A DNA stretch of 64,000 bases from Lingula anatina (lineage: Eukaryota > Animalia > Brachiopoda). The stretch spans positions 13,616,651-13,680,650 of the forward strand of contig CM120647.1 of assembly GCA_051362555.1 (NCBI GenBank), read 5' to 3'. Positions 24,401-36,100 of the stretch are shown piece after piece (positions within the stretch are counted from its first letter, which is position 1; each line of letters starts with the position of its first letter). A program made the translations under genes and the position numbers. The notes below the pieces were generated by a model, which saw only the letters and a program-made list of their open reading frames with translations, was not told the DNA's origin and searched no databases.

Positions 24401-27400
24401 ACACTGGTTTTTGCCTAACTTATGCTAACCTATTTTGTACAAATATGGTTTTAATAAATCGCCAAAATCATGACACTAGTGAACATTGTATATCAAACGT
24501 TTTGATACGATTAAATAAATGTGCAAGAAGGATTACGGAATTAGTTACTATTTACCTCCCCCCACGCCCCCCCTCCCCCCCCAAAAAAAAAATGCTCTTT
24601 TGATTTCGAAATGAATTTGTTTTTAACGTAAAGAAGTCCAATACCCCTTTCACGACTCAGTCATTGTACAGCATGTTGTAATCGATATTTAAAAAAGTTC
24701 ATAACTTGGACCGGGGTTTGATATACAGTGTACTGTAGCTACAATGGCATTCCTCAAGTTGGGTCTGCTGGGGGAGGGGGCATTTAAATGATAAACGAAG
24801 AAGTCCACCTGTAAACAGCAGCGGTTTAAATGATCGCTATCTCGGTTATTTTTCCTTTGACAGCATCATAGAAAATGTTAAGTGAGAAAGTCACACATAC
24901 CCACGGCGTTGTTTTGTCTTCAGCATTTCCTCCTTCCTGCTTACTGCAATTATTATCGTCAATTAATTAAACCGAGAAAGCAATTAAATGATGGCACATT
25001 GAATATAATCACTATGTGCATTTCGCTGAGTGTAAACACGATCTAGCGAAACATTTTATTTCAGAATAAATTTATATGTGATTTCACCTCTGTCGTTTGT
25101 GTTATTTCAAACAAAACGATTTCCTGAAAGACCAACTTTAAAATGTATGTCTATTCAGCAAAATAATGTAATTTAATACAACTATGAGTAATGTATTTAA
25201 ACTACGGCCGTATATGCGATGGCCATGTGGGATTATAATTGCATACCTTGATGCAAAACAGTCTATCGTTTCTCCTACCGCGAGTCCCTTTAATTAATGT
25301 ATTATATTACTCTTTACCCTTTTTATTTGACACTGTCTCTGTTTCTCTCCCCTTTTACTTTCTCTTGTAAGAAGGAGGGCAAATAATTAAGCATTCAAAA
25401 TATGCATCACCAATCTTCAGAAAAGAATGAGTGAATGAACCATTGGGCTGGCCCACAACGTCCGACACAGCAGAATAAATTAAATAACAGCTTTCACAGA
25501 TTTAACTGCAGTTAGCTGTATAGCGTCACTATATACATAATCCGCTGCACGCGCGAAGCTGTTGAACAAAAGGATAGTTCTCTATGGAAGACCTTTTGTT
25601 TATTTAAGTACTCTAAGGGGGCGTGCTTAACCAGGCGACAAGACGATTAGGCTAGTCACTATATTCCGTCAAATTCGTTTAGCGACCCTATCATTATCAC
25701 ACTCCCTCTATTGTATTTTCTGACGTTATAATTGTATCTAATCTTCTTACGTTAGATGGAATAAATGCACACATACATAATCTTATGACTGTAGAATTAC
25801 TAGAGGTTGCCCGAATGTTGGAGATAGATGTTAAAAGGTCCATGAGGAAGTCCGAAATCACAAAATTAATTGTAGAGTGTTTAGTTGATGAAGGCCTTTT
25901 ACCTGAAGAAAGTCTTTCCGAATATACTGATACTCTAGATTCATCCATGGCAGCAGAAAAAATTGAGGCAGATAAACAAATTCGTCTTGAGGAAATTCAG
26001 TTGGAGAAGGCTAAACTTCAAGCTGCTCAAGCTGAGATCCAGGCTGAGCTTGAAAAGCGTAGAATTGAGGCAAATAAAGAAATTGAAATACAAAAAAATT
26101 GAGGCAGATAAACGCTTCAAAGAGCTTGAATCAAAATTCGCCACTGTTGAATCTAAATTTGATTTTAGTAAGAATGTCAGACTGGTACCCCCATTTAATG
26201 AAAATGAGGTGGATAAGTACTTTCTTTACTTTGAGAAGGTTGCTGGAAGTCTTGAGTGGCCTGTTAGTAAGTGGGCAGTCCTGTTACAAAGTGTGCTTAA
26301 AGGTAAAGCTCAGACAGCATACACTGCACTGTCTGCAGATCAATGCCTAGATTACAACGTGGTGAAGGCAGCTATCCTCAAAGCTTACGAGTTGGTTCCA
26401 GAGGCTTACCGTCAAAAGTTTAGGGGTCATAGGAAACAGGATACTCAAACATTTGTTGAGTTTGCACATGAAAGAGAAACGTTGTTTAACAGGTGGTGTA
26501 GCTCCAATAAGGTGAATGACTTTGAAAAATTGAGACAAACTATTCTAATTGAGGAGTTTAAGAGGTGTGTTCGTGATGATCTCAAGACTTACTTAAGTGA
26601 ACACAGGGTTGAAACCTTAAAGGAAGCTGCTGTAATGGCTGATGATTATGTGTTGACACATAAATCAGATTATGGAAAAAAAGGTGTTAACGAGCATAGT
26701 GGTTCCAAGAATGCTCCACGGCATGAAAATGGCCCATCAAAGCCATCAGGTCCTGTTCAGTCAAAGCTGTCAGCCTCCGGTCAGTCAAAGCTGACAGGCA
26801 TTATATGTCATTACTGTAAAAAACCGGGTCATGTTATGTCAGACTGTTACTCCTTAAAAAGGAAGAAGCAAAGGGAACCAAATCCTAATGCATTTGTATC
26901 ATGTTATAAGCCACATTCCACTGGATCACTTACTCCTGAACATACTGTCTTGAAATCTGAAATTAGGGAGGAGTTTATTCCTTTTGTATCTGAAGGATCT
27001 GTTTCATTTTGTGATCAAACCAGCCCTGTTCCCATCAAGATACTGCGTGATACTGGTGCTACTCAGTCTTTATTGTTGGAGGATGTGTTACCGTCTGATT
27101 CACATTCTGCCACTGGTGAGTATATGATTGCGCAGGGTATTGAAGGTGGTTTTGTGACAGTTCCTTTACACCATGTTAACCTGAAATCAGATATTGTGTC
27201 AGGTTCTGTAGTTGTTGGTGTTATGCCCACTCTGCCGGTCAAAGGTGTTTCTTTATTGTTGGGGAATGATTTGGCAGGGAGCAAAGTTGTCGCGGAACCC
27301 ATGGTGGTTTCTGAGCCAGTCCCGTTGTCCCAAAGTGACCCTGTGGTTAAAGAGGATCCCAGTGTGTTTCCTTCTTGTGCGGTGACTAGAGCTCTAGCCA

Positions 27401-27498
27401 AAAAGATGGCTGATGCCCAGAATATCGTTGTTGAGACAGAGGATGACCTTATTGACCTGTCAGCAACATTTTTAAGGTCCCGTGGATGTTCCTTTTAA
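20580..27498 (+). pseudogene. gag: Gypsy gag-protease (SCAN-like capsid, CCHC knuckle, aspartic protease), interrupted by X copy 4
   Basis: ATG 20580 MAELKEFLIAPSLQVLEKFKKL joins ELLEVARML at 25794 once X is removed. One extra base in the A-run near 26095. Motifs PEAYRQKFR...ILIEEFK, CHYCKKPGHVMSDC, ILRDTGATQS. Confidence 0.9.
20646..25791 (+). mobile_element. Element X copy 4 (subfamily X2), inserted in gypsy gag
   Basis: TA at 20644-20645 and 25792-25793. CAGTAGTAATAAAAATT ... TCTTATGACTG. Removal restores the gag frame. Confidence 0.9.
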
Positions 27499-30400
27499 TC
27501 ATGTCACTGGTTCTGAGGATTCTAGCAAGTCAAAGGCAAAAATGTCCTTTTCTAGAAACCAGCTTGTTTGTGAGCAGGAGAAAGATCCTGAATTATCCTC
27601 ATGTTTTGATAAAATTCTCTCAGAAGAAGAACTTTCGCAGGTTCCAGTAGGCTACTTTGTTAAGAATGGTGTTTTGATGAGGAAGTGGAGGCCCCCCGAA
27701 GTCCCAGCCTCTGAGGATTGGTTAGTTTTGAACCAGATTGTTGTGCCTAGAGTGTATCGGGAGGAAGTGTTGAAGTTGGCGCATGAAGTTCCCATGGGTG
27801 GTCACTTAGGGGTGAACAAAACGTGTGATAAAATCATGAGACATTTCTATTGGCCTAGGTTAAGAAAGGACGTATCACAGTTTTGTAAAACCTGTCACAG
27901 TTGTCAGATGGTTGGAAAACCCAATCAGAAAATTCCCGTTGCTCCACTCAAGCCCATTAAAGCATTTGAGGAGCCGTTTAGTAGGGTCATTGTGGATTGT
28001 GTAGGTCCTCTGCCAAAAACGAAGTCTGGAAATCAGTATTTGTTGACAGTTATGTGCGCATCCACACGTTTTCCCGAAGCAATCCCGCTCAGAAACATTA
28101 CAGCTCCAAAGATTATCAAGGCTCTCATCAATTTCTTCACATTAGTCGGATTACCTAAAGAAATTCAGTCAGACCAAGGTTCGAATTTTATGTCCGGTCT
28201 ATTTCAGCAAGTTGTATGTGAATTAGGGGCTAGACAGATTACATCAAGCGCTTACCACCCAGAATCACAAGGGGTGTTAGAAAGATTTCATTCTACATTA
28301 AAGAATATGATAAAAACATTTTGCTTCGAAAATGAGAAGGATTGGGATGAAGGGGTCCCTTTGTTGTTGTTTGCAGTCAGAGAGTCTGTACAGGAGTCGT
28401 TAGGCTTTAATCCTTTTGAGCTGGTGTTCGGGCATAGTGTTCGAGGACCATTGAAGTTGTTGAAAGAAAAGTGGTTGCAGGAAGATTCAGAGGATGTTAG
28501 TTTGTTGGAATATGTGTCCAGGTTCAAGGAGAGACTGCATAGGGCGTGTGAGTTGGCTCATGAGAACCTTAAGTTGTCTCAGGTCAAGATGAAGAGGTTG
28601 TATGATAAAGTGGCATGTGATCGCAATTTTTGCCCAGGTGACAAGGTCTTGGTGCTGTTACCTATTCCAGGTAGTCCTTTGCAAGCTAGATACCAGGGTC
28701 CTTATGAGATTCTGAAGAGGGTTAATGAGGTTGATTATGTTGTTAAAACCCCTGATCGGCGTAAAGCTACTCAGTTGTGTCACGTGAACATGCTAAAAGC
28801 ATATCACCAGAGGTCAGATAAAGTTTTGCCTGTAGGTGTTGTATCAGAATCTAGCCCAGGTGTTGAACCAGAAGAAAAGTGCCCTGTGAGACTTTGCAAT
28901 TCAGATATTTTGGAAAACCTCGATGCAAAGTTAAGTCATCTGTCCCCTCTAGAGTCAAGTGAGCTGAGAACATTGTTGTTGGAGTACCAGAGTGTATTCC
29001 CTGATGTGCCTAACAAGACTCACATAGCCGAGCATGATGTTGATGTTGGTGATGCAATGCCTGTAAAGCAACATCCTTATCGTGTAAATCCTCATAAAGC
29101 TGAAGCGATGGACAAAGAGGTGTCATACATGTTGGAAAATGGTATTATTGAGGTGAGTCAGAGCAGTTGGGCTTCACCCTGTGTTCTGACACCAAAGTCG
29201 GATGGGTCTGTGAGGTTTTGTACGGACTTTCGAAAAGTGAATTCTTTGTCAAAAACTGATTCTTATCCCATACCTAGAATGGCTGATTGCATTGACAAGA
29301 TCGGTAAAGCAAAGTACATCACAAAATGTGACCTACTGAAAGGATACTGGTGTGTCCCTTTAACAGAAAGGGCAAAAGAAATATCAGCTTTCGTCACCCC
29401 AAAGGGTCTATATCAGTACAAGGTCATGCCTTTTGGTATGAAAAATTCACCAGCGACATTTCAACGTATGATGAATGAGTGTTTAGCAGATATTGATGGT
29501 GTGGAGGTATACATAGACGATATTGTTGTGTACAGTGACACCTTTGAACAACACCTCCTTTTGCTGGGTAAAGTGCTTCAGAGATTGAAGGAAGCACATT
29601 TGACTGTTAATTTGGCAAAAAGTGACTTTTGTCAAGCCAGTGTGGTCTATTTGGGACATGTGGTAGGTCATGGGAAAGTGGCCCCTATTGAGGCAAAAAT
29701 TCAGGACATAGTGAATTTCCCTATACCTCACAACAAACGCAGTCTGATGCGATTTTTGGGCATGGCTGGTTATTATAGAAAGTTTTGTAGAAACTTTGCT
29801 GATATTACCTCACCACTTACAGATTTGTTGAAGAAAAACACTAAGATTGTGTGGTCTGATTCATGCCAAAAAGCTTTTGGTAGGGTCAAATCTTTGCTGT
29901 GTGCAAACCCTGTTCTTCAAGCCCCAGACTTCCAGAAACCTTTTACAGACTTGACATTTAATATGGAATATTTTTTTCGAAATAATTTTTTATCAGTTTT
30001 TTCCTATTTTGCGGACTGATAAATGAAAATAAGGATTAAAATCGTGTTTTAATAACTTTAAATTATCTATTTGATGTCATTGTGACATCAGTTCATTAAT
30101 GGAATTCGCCAGAGAAACAAACAAAAACACATTGCCTATTCTATGTCATACGACTCCCATTAAAAGAGATATTTTGGATCTCCATAGTTTCCAAATTATC
30201 GTCTATAAAAGGGTAATACGCTCCACAAAAGACCCTCATGTCAGTTGCTAGTCACAGTAATGGTCGTTGTTACGCCTGGCCTCTTCGTGGCTGTTGCCAG
30301 CGCTCTCAAGCGGCAAGGCATTTCTTGAGGGTAGGTTTTTAGAGTTCAATCTGGAATAGCATTCTAGGCATCGGTCTGAAATTGTCCAATATGGTCCAGT

Positions 30401-31983
30401 TTTGTTGTAGGACATGTAGGCAGTTGATTGGTGAGTAATGGTCTACCGAAATATTGTCTATGTGGTTCAAATGTGGCGATTTTGATGACCAGGGTAGCTG
30501 CTCATCCCCTTGGTTCTGTAAGTTATCTGCTATTAAAAGTGCTCTGTGTGAACCTGCAACCTCATCGTGCAACCTAGAATTGTTCCTAAGGTGCCCCCTA
30601 TCAAATGATAGTCAAGTGGTTCCGAGATTATCCCTTTATTTGATCTGGTTCAGGTTTTCGTCGATGACTACTATTGGTGTTTTGGCACCAATGTGGAATC
30701 TACTCCAAATACTGACGCTGTCAATCACCCTTGTCACTTTAGACCCGGCATATGCTTCGTCGTAGGCCTCTTCTGAATATCTGTAAACTCTGTTTTGACT
30801 AATTGGGCGTTACAGGTGAAATCTGACCTCAATAAAGAAAGCCACGCAGTTTCAGTGTTCTGCCCAGAATCGTTCATGGCCCCCAATTCATTAGAGAAAC
30901 AGTCGACGATGTTTTGCTGTATACAGTGGGTACCTCGGAGGTCATTAGGTGTTCTTACCTGCTAAAACCAGTATGGTGTTCGCTAAGGGCTTTGAAAAAC
31001 GCATTTTAGTGGCAATTTACCCCTCGTTCTGAACGGACTAAGTGTTTTTTGTTTAGTTGCAGCAGCGTATCCCGAAAGACAGTGGGTCCTGTACCCTGTA
31101 GGTAAAATTTTGATACATTGGGGGTGACCTCTGTGTAGGTACATCAGTCTGGGCATTACTCTATAAAACTGTGGGGACCGTTCCGTTTGGCGCTATGATC
31201 TGTCTGGTGATGTCTGTCTTTTTCGCGCCATTCTGCCTTAGATTAACACATTTGTAATGCACTTCTTGACTCATCTTACGCACTGCAAAACTGGCCGCTT
31301 GCATGCAAAATTTCAAATTTTTCTATGCAGTAGTTGCTGAAATATGGATACTTTTTTGACAGAACCAAGCTTTGCCTAAGCCAAGCTTTGATCAGCCCAA
31401 AGGAACACTACCCAATTAAATCACTGCAAATTACATAGTGTAGCAGCGCAACATGCATGAAAGTCAGTTAATTGGTAGTGACACACATGACTGCATACTT
31501 TTACATTCACAAATCTTATATGAAATCGGAGTTTTTTGAAAAAAGAACGTATTTTTACCCAGGTAAACCTTCGAAACTGAAATATTCCATATTAAATGTA
31601 AAGTCTGTAGTTTAGCAGTAGATGCAAGTGATGTTGGAGCGGGTGCTGTGTTATTACAGGTAGATGACAATGATATTGAACATCCTGTTTGTTACTTTTC
31701 CAAGAAGTTTGATGTTCACCAAAGACATTATTCTACCATTGAAAAGGAAGCCTTAGCTTTAGTTTTAGCTTTACAGCATTTTGAAGTTTATGTTTCTGCA
31801 TCATGTCAACCAATTGTTGTATATACAGATCATAACCCACTGACTTTTCTTGATAAGTTAAAGAATAAGAACAGAAGATTGTTGAACTGGAGTTTGTTAC
31901 TGCAAGAGTTTAGTCTGGATGTAAAGCATATCCGTGGTGTTGACAATGTAATTGCAGATGCACTTTCTCGATCATGTAGTTAA
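27482..31983 (+). pseudogene. pol: Gypsy pol: integrase, reverse transcriptase, RNase H (interrupted by a Tc1-like element)
   Basis: Integrase HHCC (AHEVPMGGH...CHSC), core DCVGP/SDQGSNF/ERFH, GPY motif. RT MPFGMKNSPATFQ and YIDD. RNase H PDFQKPF|SLAVDASDVG...YSTIEKE...DALSR rejoins across 29946-31607. Confidence 0.93.
29946..31607 (-). mobile_element. Tc1-like element with decayed transposase, copy 1
   Basis: TA TSD at 29944-29945 and 31608-31609. ~28-bp TIR CAGACTTGACATTTAATATGGAATATTT. Remnant LPWSSKSPHLNHIDN resembles the Tc1 WPxxSPDLNPIEN motif. Near-identical inverted copy at 43877-45536. Confidence 0.9.
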
Positions 31984-32034
31984 GTTTTGTTTAAAAAAAA
32001 AAAAAAAAGTTGTCATAGATTCCAACTTTTCCCT

Positions 32035-32047
32035 TTAAGGAGGGAGG
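32035..32047 (+). promoter_or_regulatory. Polypurine tract
   Basis: TTAAGGAGGGAGG immediately before the 3' LTR. Confidence 0.85.
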
Positions 32048-32475
32048 TGTGACGTTATTAAGTGCGGGACTGATTTGAGTGCGGGATGTTGGTGAACGCA
32101 AAACGTGCGTGTGAACAGTCTGGACTTTGACAGTGAAAAACTGTATTTAAGACACTGGAGAACGCAACACGTGAGTGTGAATAGTTTGAACTTTGACAGT
32201 GCAAAAAACTATTTGAGACGCTGGAGAACGCAACACGTGAGTGTGAACAGTTTGAACTTTGACAGTGCAAAAACTGTATTTTAGGACCTGGACTATTTGA
32301 AGCCTAACTTAACTCACTATGAAAGGCAGCAGCACAGAATCTCAGCCTCAAGTGGAAAACGGCGCTTCGATAAAAGGCAGTTGGACAGATATGGACATAG
32401 AATATTATTTTCATAGTTGATACACTGTTGTTTGTGTGTTTTTTTTTTATGTGCGGGCCGTGTTGGACCGTAACA
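32048..32475 (+). repeat. 3' LTR
   Basis: Direct repeat of 20074-20499. Confidence 0.95.
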
Positions 32476-33191
32476 CCCTTTAGTTTTTCTGTTCTACGTT
32501 CCTCTAAGTCTCTTTTATATTGCCCTAATTCATCAATATTTTCATTATTTTGATTTTCCAGTTTACTTATTTTTTCTATTAAATTATCCTCAGCCTTCTC
32601 CCTCTCTCTTTTCTTTGCCGATGCATAGGACATAGAATGTCCCCTTATATTTAAAAGAAGTTGCTCAAAAAACCGCTAATCGTCAATAATAAACGATAGT
32701 ATCTCATCGTCAATATTTGGCACAGCTTCTCTTAAAAAGGGAGTGGCCGCATATTGCATTTTCGTTTTATTAATTACTTTACTTACTAGATCTCTATACT
32801 CTTTATCTTTAAGAAGCAGATTATTATGTTTCCAAAAGCCTTTACCGCGTTTGAAAGAAGCGACTTTTACAGTCATTTCTACTATAGCATGGTCTGTTCT
32901 ATATCCTGGCTTGATTGCAATGTTTTCAATCATATTGAGTAATTCAGATGAATTTAAAAAGAAACCGAGGCTAGCTTTTTTAACTGGATTGCTAGCCCTC
33001 CATGTATACCTTTTCGCTTTACCATGTTTTAATCTCCAGGAATCATTTAAGTTGTGTTTAGCTTTTATCCCAAGTACCTTCTCTCTGGCTCTAGGATTAT
33101 TCACAAACCTATAATTATAACAATCTAATTTTGGCTCCTGTACAAGGTTCCAATCACCTGTAATCAGCAAAAAAAACATAATCTGAGTTAA

Positions 33192-36100
33192 AGGGACAAA
33201 AAATAGGATTTAAAACGCCTTTTTAGTGCATGGATTGCTTCTTTTTTAACTTATCTGAGAACAATTGCTATGGGTAAAGCATAAAATGGCAGGTTAATGG
33301 CCTTAATCAATATCGAAAAAAAAAATCATATTCACCGTCCACTTTCGAACCCCGGGCGTCAGCCATCTTGACACAGTTTGAAATAACGCGGCTTCTCGAC
33401 TCAGATACGAGATGTAAACAATGCAGACAGCATGTCGTTTCGAAAGTGAGCGTGGACGTGAAGGAGAAGAGGAATTGCTCACCGAATCTTTGCAGGTAAG
33501 CGAGTTATATTTACCAAAAGTACTTTTAAATGGGAAGATGGAAATCAAAATATCTGGCAGAGGAAGTTAAAAAGCGTAGATAACTGCTAATAATTAACGT
33601 TTCCTCGGGTAACGCACTCGCAGCCAAATCACTAGCACTGGGTACGTACTACTAGACTAGTAGTTATATTATGAAGCGAGATAGTGCACTTTACCCCTGA
33701 GGTGTATAGGTCTGTAAAGCAGGAGGAATACCCTTTTCTGCTCAATGTGGCCATCTACCAGTACTTACAGACTAACCTCACACCATATTCTCTCAGGGGA
33801 ATCCCATGAGATATACGATGTAACTCGAGCACTAGTGGGGATAGAGGGTGTTCTTTGTACATCACGTAACTACGTTAGCTTATTTGTAAATTTAATAATA
33901 TTGTAAATGAATATGATTATAAGGAATAATTTTTTTAGCCTTTCAGAGGAGGAATTGGGTGATACACCCCTTCAAGCACGAGTGAAGAGGTCAGGTATGT
34001 TAATAATTTTAGCAGTATAACATGGGCGGATCCAGGATTATTTGAAAGGAGGGGGGGACGGGGGGGGGTCCGCGGATGCAAAGCCGACCCCCCCCCCCCC
34101 CTAGTTGGCGTGGGGTTCTGGGCCTGCTTAAAACTTTGGTATTTTAGAGGGCGAACAGTGCCATTTGGAATGGTTTAGCACTATACTGTAGTAAATTACC
34201 TAGTCAAAATTCTAATTCCAAGTGGGGAATATAAGTGTGATTTTTTTACATCAGTTCTTTGAAATCATGTGTGATTATGTTATTTCTTCTTGTGGCCTTT
34301 ATGATTTAATGCAGCTACAGATATTTAAATTTAATTTTTTTTTTTTTTTTTTTGCCATAATCAGACTTGCTTCTTTATTATAAGCTTGTTATCATGTAGT
34401 GATCATGCCCTCTAATTTGTTGATTTTTGTTAAAGAATAGTGCTGTTATGATAATATCAATACATTTTTTTCTTTATAACCATTTTATGTAATTTTACTA
34501 TTACAGTGCCTCAAGTTATATCTGGAAAACTCATACCAGGAAGCACTCCAATCTTACAATACTGCATCACTTCAATGTCGGTGTGACAAGTTGTGGAAAA
34601 GACTGCTACAAAAAATTTGCAGCGATGACCACGATCCACCACCTTTTACCAAAACCGAGTGAACAGTTTTATATTATAATGCCCATGTACATGTATTTAA
34701 AGTGACAAGACTGAGATCAGCGAGAGCCTCAAGGCCTTTATTTTCTGGGCATCATCAACTCTTCAATAATTTTATAATTTTGTCAAATACATCCAAAGAT
34801 TCAATTCTAATGCAATTCTTGAAAACTTTTTTAGAATATATTTCAATGTCGAACATGTTTTTCTAAGAACTAGCCCTTTAGTAAATTAACAACATGTACT
34901 ATCCAACTGTTATTATTAATTAACATATTGTTATGTACAAAGCATAAGCTGCAGTATCAATGTAGCATTAACTGGGTAGAGATTATGAATGAAATAAAAG
35001 TTTAAATTTTGAAACATCTTTTAATTATATTTGGCAAAAATAGAAGAATAAAAAAAGTTTGCTACATAAGTTTGGAATTTGGCCAAATCATCTTTATTAT
35101 TACCTGTCACATGTAATGAATAAGACATACACAGATTTTGGAAGCTAGAATGCATAATTATTTTCATACTTATTAATGCCATCTTCAGAAATAAGCCTTC
35201 TATTCAAGCATTCACAAACTTTCACATTGTGCAGTACACATTATAGTATGATAACATTTTTGAGAGAGACTTATTAATAGCCAGGCTATCATGTTAAGAG
35301 TCTGATGTACATGCAGACCCATGAGGATTGCAGATCAACAAATTATCCCCCTCTCTGTCAGCGTATTGACTCATGTGAGCTGACACAAAAGTCTACATGC
35401 AAAGGGATGTGTCATAAGAAAGGACCAACCCAACTTACACAAACATAAATTGTTTCATCGGTAAGATATTCACACATACTTTTCCAAGATGTGCAGGGAA
35501 TAAATAGAAAGGTATAAATATTTCTTTAAAAAATACAGGCATGGCTTCCCTGCATGAATTCTAAATATTGGCTGAGTGGAGAATTGAATACAGGCACAAG
35601 TGTTCACTCAAACCATTTTTGTAGGTCTTAAAAGAAATGACATGCAGTCATTTGCCAAATACAGAATTTTATGCTGTAACAAAGTCACAAAACTGCAACT
35701 GGTGATCTTACAAAATCTAACAACACACTGGTTTAAAATCAAGTAGAAATCACAATATGCCACCAGTACCATATTCCATAATACATTTGATGTCATTTAG
35801 ATTTAAGAAGTAAATGCTGGACCAAAATGGTTTATTCTCAATATCAGGCATATGACTTAGGTTTGGGAGGAAAGACCACATTGACTTCCAATCTGTCTGC
35901 ATTATAGCATAAATGCCAGTGCTAGATGGTTTGAAGTCAACAGATTATGCTTTTGTCACAGTGGCAAGATGAGTTCACTGAATATATCCTGTAAGCAGCA
36001 CTTGAAAGTCAGGAAAAGTCTCTCACTATCCAACTCGTCCCCGCTTTGGACCCTCAAGAAAGGTCCCTCTTTTTTTGGTGGAGAGCCATGGAGTTCCTCT

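Larger units (their letters stand above)
20074..32475 (+). mobile_element. Full-length Ty3/gypsy LTR retrotransposon of Gmr1-like architecture (gag-PR-IN-RT-RH) with two nested insertions
   Basis: LTRs 20074-20499 and 32048-32475 (TG...CA). TSD CCCT at 20070-20073 and 32476-32479. tRNA-Pro PBS and polypurine tract present. Integrase lies upstream of RT. Confidence 0.95.

Noticed and set aside
27460-27500. Programmed -1 frameshift between gag-PR and pol at ATTTTTAAGG
   Set aside because: The required shift is +1 and the run is not a proper X XXY YYZ heptamer. A single-base insertion or sequencing error is more likely.
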